Below, piece after piece: positions 58,266 through 64,000 of a DNA stretch of 64,000 nucleotides. Source of the stretch: Deltaproteobacteria bacterium (lineage in GTDB: Bacteria > Myxococcota_A > UBA9160 > SMWR01); contig JANNIY010000151.1 of assembly GCA_031405455.1 (NCBI GenBank), positions 440-64,439 of the forward strand, written 5' to 3'. The translations under genes and the position numbers were made by a program. How positions within the stretch are numbered: the stretch's first letter is position 1; the number at the start of each line of letters is the position of its first letter. The notes under the pieces are model-generated. The model was not told where the DNA came from. It saw only the letters and a list, made by a program, of their open reading frames with translations, and did no database searches.

Positions 58266-59438
58266 GTGCTCCCGTTGCGCTATCCGCTGGGCAATCTCGC
58301 CGCGCGCCGCCTGCGCACGGGTCTCACGGTCGGCGTGATCGCGCTCGTGGTGCTCGCCACCACGCTGTTCGCAGGGCTCGTCTCGAGTCTCGACCGCACG
58401 CTCGTCACGACGGGTTCGGAGCGCAATCTCATCGTGATGCGCAAGGGTGCAACCAACGACGGTTCGAGCGCGGTGACGCTCGACGCCTACCAGACCGTGC
58501 GTTATTTCGAGGGCATCGCGCGCGATGCCGCCGGTAACCCGCTGGTGTCGCCCGAGCTCGTCGTGCAGCCATTCTTCCGGACCCCCAGCGGACGCGAGAA
58601 CGTGCTGGTGCGCGGCGTGGAGCCGGTTGCGCTCGCGGTGCACGATGAAGTGAAGATCGTCGAAGGGCGGATGTTCGAACCCTCGAGCAACGAAGTGATC
58701 GTCGGTCGCAGCGTCGCAGGCCGCTACGTCGGCGCACAGCTCGGCTCGGCGCTCGAATTCGGGCGCGGCACCTGGCGGGTCGTGGGCATCTTCGAAAGCG
58801 GCGGCACCTCGACCGAGAGCGAAGTTTGGTGCGACGTGCGCATGCTCGGCAACGACGCCAAGCGCTCGGTGCCATATTCGGGGCTGCGCGTGCGCGTCGC
58901 GCCGGAGGCCGACATGGACGCGCTCGCGCGGCGCATCGGAGACGACCCGCGCTATGCCCTCGAAGCGACACCCGAGCGGGAGTACTACGCGAAGCAGACG
59001 GAATCTTCGAGCGTGCTCTACTTCATCGTCGTGGCGCTGGCCGTGCTCGCCGGAACGGGCGCGGCCTTCGGCGCGACGAACACGTTGTATGCCGCTGTCC
59101 AGGCGCGCACCGCCGAGATCGGCACCCTGCGCGCGCTCGGCTTCTCCCGCGCGACGATTCTCGGATCGTTTCTGATCGAGTCGCTGAGCGTCGCGTTGCT
59201 CGGTTTCGTATTGGGCGGTGCCCTCGCCTGGGGGCTCGGCCGCCTGCTCTCGTACCTTCTCGGCGGCGTGGGGTTCGCGTCACAAACATTCACGACCAAT
59301 GTGATCCAGCTCCGCGTCGGCCTGGCGGACCTCGCGATGGCTCTCGGCCTGGCTCTCTTCATCGGCCTCGTCGGCGGAATCTTCCCCGCGTTGCGCGCCT
59401 CACGGCTGCGGCCCGTCGAAGCCTTGCGGAAGGCTTGA
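58266..59438 (+). CDS. ABC transporter permease, FtsX/MacB-type (permease 2)
   Basis: A 390-aa ORF with a GTG start. It has the same architecture as permease 1 (EIGTLRALGFSRATIL) and lies 3 nt after it. Confidence 0.88.
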   Translation: MLPLRYPLGNLAARRLRTGLTVGVIALVVLATTLFAGLVSSLDRTLVTTGSERNLIVMRKGATNDGSSAVTLDAYQTVRYFEGIARDAAGNPLVSPELVVQPFFRTPSGRENVLVRGVEPVALAVHDEVKIVEGRMFEPSSNEVIVGRSVAGRYVGAQLGSALEFGRGTWRVVGIFESGGTSTESEVWCDVRMLGNDAKRSVPYSGLRVRVAPEADMDALARRIGDDPRYALEATPEREYYAKQTESSSVLYFIVVALAVLAGTGAAFGATNTLYAAVQARTAEIGTLRALGFSRATILGSFLIESLSVALLGFVLGGALAWGLGRLLSYLLGGVGFASQTFTTNVIQLRVGLADLAMALGLALFIGLVGGIFPALRASRLRPVEALRKA

Positions 59439-59443
59439 GCCGC

Positions 59444-60658
59444 ATGGAGAACGAGCAGAAGCGTTCGGTGCGCGACGAGCTTTCCGCGCTGCGCCTCGAT
59501 CGCAGCCAGCGCACCCCTGCGCCGCGACCGCCCTGGGTGAAACCCGTCGTCGCGGGCGCACTCGCGCTGGTGCTGCTGCTCGCCGGCACGTTCATCTGGC
59601 GCGCGACGATCGGTCACACTCCGCGAGTGCAGGTCGCGCATGCCACGCGCACGACTCCCGGCGCGAGCCAGGCCGGCGCGGTGCTCACGGGGTCTGGTTA
59701 CGTGGTCACGGGCGATCGCTACATCTCTCTCGGCGTGCGCGTGCCCGGACGCATCGAGGAGTATCTCGTCGACGAGGGCGAACTCGTGAAGGCGGGCCAG
59801 CCGCTCGTGCGACTCGACGACCGCAACTACGCCGCCGCGCTTCGGGAGGCGCGTGCGAGCCTGCACCTCGCGCGCGCGAACCTCGATCTGCGCCGCAAGG
59901 AGATGGCGCGGTCCGAGGAGCTGCGTCGCCGCAACGTCGCTTCACAAGCCGACCTCGACGTGAAGCAGAACCAGCTCCGCGTCGCGCAGGCCGAGATCGA
60001 GAGGCTCGCCGCGCGCATCGCGCAGCTCGAGCTCGACCTCGATGATGCGGTGCTGCGCGCGCCGGCGGACGGCATGGTGCTCGAGAAGTTCAAGGAAGTC
60101 GGAGAGATCGCGGTGCCCGGCGGTTTCGCCGGTTCGGGCGAGCTGATCCGACTTGCGAACATGAGCGAGTTGCGCGCGGAGATCGACGTCAACGAATCAG
60201 ATCTCTCGAAGATCGAGATCGGTCAGCCCGCCGAGGTGGTTCCCGACGCCTACTCCGATCACAAGTACCGCGCTGCCGTGGTGAAGTTGTATCCGCAGAT
60301 CAACCGCCAGAAGGGCACCCTCAAGGTCGAGGTGAAGATCCTCGAGCCGGATGCGAAGCTGCGCCCGGACATGAGCGTGAGGATCACCTTCCTGCGCGAG
60401 GCGCAGGCCGACCCGGGCGGCGGCGGCTCCGTGTTGGCTGCGCGCTCGGCAGTGCGCAGCGAAGACGGCGCTTCCTATGTGTGGATCGTCACGCAAAGCC
60501 GCTTGCGGCGGCAGGTGGTCGAGACGGGCGGCGAAGCGGGCTCGGGACAGACGATCGTCACGCAGGGACTCGCGGGAGGCGAGGCGCTCGTAGTGGGCGA
60601 TGCAGAGGGTCTCGCCGAGGGTCGCGCGGTCGAGGTCGTCGCGGCATCGCAACCCTGA
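59444..60658 (+). CDS. HlyD/MacA-type periplasmic adaptor (membrane-fusion protein)
   Basis: This is the C-terminal 404 aa of ORF 58826..60658(+), starting MENEQKRS. It has an N-terminal TM helix, a lipoyl-like hairpin (GRIEEYLVDEGELVKAGQPLVRLD), a coiled coil and a beta-barrel. Confidence 0.88.
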   Translation: MENEQKRSVRDELSALRLDRSQRTPAPRPPWVKPVVAGALALVLLLAGTFIWRATIGHTPRVQVAHATRTTPGASQAGAVLTGSGYVVTGDRYISLGVRVPGRIEEYLVDEGELVKAGQPLVRLDDRNYAAALREARASLHLARANLDLRRKEMARSEELRRRNVASQADLDVKQNQLRVAQAEIERLAARIAQLELDLDDAVLRAPADGMVLEKFKEVGEIAVPGGFAGSGELIRLANMSELRAEIDVNESDLSKIEIGQPAEVVPDAYSDHKYRAAVVKLYPQINRQKGTLKVEVKILEPDAKLRPDMSVRITFLREAQADPGGGGSVLAARSAVRSEDGASYVWIVTQSRLRRQVVETGGEAGSGQTIVTQGLAGGEALVVGDAEGLAEGRAVEVVAASQP

Positions 60659-60840
60659 CGAGGCGCTGCGGTCGCTCGGGCGGTTTCGACACAGGGGGTT
60701 GGCAGTGCACGGGAGCTAGCAGCAGAACGGGCGTTGTTCTCCGGCGTCCGATTTTTTTGCGAGCGGCCGCACGGGCGCGATGCCGACGAATCCTCGCAGG
60801 AAGTATCGCAGGGCGCGCGCCGCGGATCGCAGTCGCTGGC

Positions 60841-62873
<2,033 letters not shown>

Positions 62874-62877
<4 letters not shown>

Positions 62878-64000
62878 GGCAAACGCTCCTCGGGTACGGG
62901 AGGCACGCGTCCCCCCGCACGCCGCGCTCTCACGGCGAGCAGCGCTGGCAGGAACACCAGATTCGCGAGCAGCATGATGCACATCGATAGGACGAGCAAG
63001 ACGCCGAGCGAGCGGATGCCGCGGTGTCCGGAGATCGCCAGGTTCCCGAAGCTCACGATCGTCGTCGCAGCGCTGAAGAATGCGGCGCGGGCCGTCACCG
63101 TGGCGAGCAGCTCATCACCGCTCGTCACCGTCTTCGAGCGGTGCATCAGATGAATCCCCGTGTCGACTCCGATGCCGAGCAACAGCGGGATCACGACGAT
63201 GTTTGCGAAGTTGAACGAGAGCCCGAACAGCGCCATCGCCCCCAGCGTCAACAGCGCGCCGAGCAGCAGCGGCAGCAGCACGAAGAGCGTGTCGCCGAGG
63301 TTTCGCCAGAGCAGCCAAACGATGATTGCGATTGCCAGCAACGCGACGAGGAGGGCCTGTCGCAGTGCAGCCGCGGTGGTTCGCGCGAACTCGACCAGAT
63401 CGACCGCCATGCCGGTCGCCCGCGGAAGGATCGCGCTCGTGGAATCCACGAAGCGGACGAGCGAGCCCTGGTTCTCGAGGTTCTCGCTGGCGAATACCTG
63501 GACGCGCGCCTGGCCAGTGGGCGCGCGCATGCGGTGCACGATCTCCGCGGGAAGATCGGCGAACGCGAGCGGGCCTGGGGCGAGCGCGCCGCGCAGGCGC
63601 GTGATCTGCTGTGGGAAGCTTCCGAGCAGGATCTGTTCGAGACGCGCGAGTGCGCCCGCCGGATCGTGCTCGCGATCGACGCGCTCGAGGAATTCATCGA
63701 GCTTGTGTTTCAGCAACCGGATGCTGCGTCGCAGCGGCGAGCGTTTCGTGTCGACCAGCGACCTCTCGAGAAAATCGCGCAGCTCCCGCAGTGCGGCGAC
63801 CTGTACGTCGGGACTCTCGGGAAGCGTGCTCTCGCCCTCGCGCTGCATCGGCTCGAGAATCAGCTCGAGGTCCGCCAGGATCGCGAGCTTCTCGTCCTGC
63901 TCGCTGGGAACGAAATCCGCGAGCGTGAGGGCGCGCTTCACGGTCGGGAGCGCGCGCAGTTGCTGCGCCTTTGTCACCGCGGTCGCGAGATCGGGGGCGA
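62874..64000 (-). CDS. MMPL/RND-superfamily exporter (HpnN-like), C-terminal part; gene continues beyond the window
   Basis: From ORF 62874..63977(-). The frame stays open to the window edge. The C-terminal TM bundle has the block NFANIVVIPLLLGIGVDTGIHLMHR. Confidence 0.8.

Noticed and set aside
60722-60758. A T7 run (60752-60758) downstream of the adaptor gene, considered as an intrinsic terminator.
   Set aside because: The only nearby stem (AGAAC…GTTCT, 5 bp) is weak and is separated from the T-run by 11 nt. This does not fit a canonical terminator, so I do not call it as a feature.

Overview
This window is a gene-dense chromosomal segment of about 70% G+C from a diderm (Gram-negative) bacterium. 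Lipoprotein, OmpA, Prc, LspA and LPS-core genes support that; I cannot place the lineage more precisely by eye. I call 56 protein-coding genes (two of them partial at the window edges), one decayed pseudogene and a few small regulatory candidates. I found no rRNA or tRNA genes, no CRISPR array, and no transposase, integrase or phage genes. Because of the G+C content, almost every real gene is shadowed by long antisense or off-frame ORFs in the track, and I rejected those. Housekeeping and metabolic content includes metH, ahcY, apaG, asnS, prc, lspA, bfr and bfd, the addB-addA recombination nuclease pair, cstA, a beta-carbonic anhydrase, an LPS kinase with a GT4 glycosyltransferase, and an ABC ATPase with two FtsX-type permeases and a membrane-fusion protein. 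The most interesting locus is at 107-3139 on the minus strand. It encodes a Sec-signal-bearing six-cysteine 85-aa peptide, then a DUF692 (MNIO) enzyme, then a DUF2063 partner. This is the architecture of bufferin/Hvf-type RiPP metallophores, but a class I SAM methyltransferase follows it where a DoxX-type gene is usual. The second candidate is a 1366-aa multi-pass membrane protein (49346-53446) of unknown function. It is visibly an internal tandem duplication, with its own signal-peptide-like segment in the middle. Smaller observations are a 17/20-identical motif upstream of both bfr and bfd, two genes whose conserved N-termini lie upstream of any ATG/GTG/TTG, a truncated SDR relic with a C9 tract, a degenerate GAF-histidine-kinase-like protein, and a secreted protein with a PEP-CTERM-like tail. 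All functional calls come from reading motifs in the translations; no database search was run.
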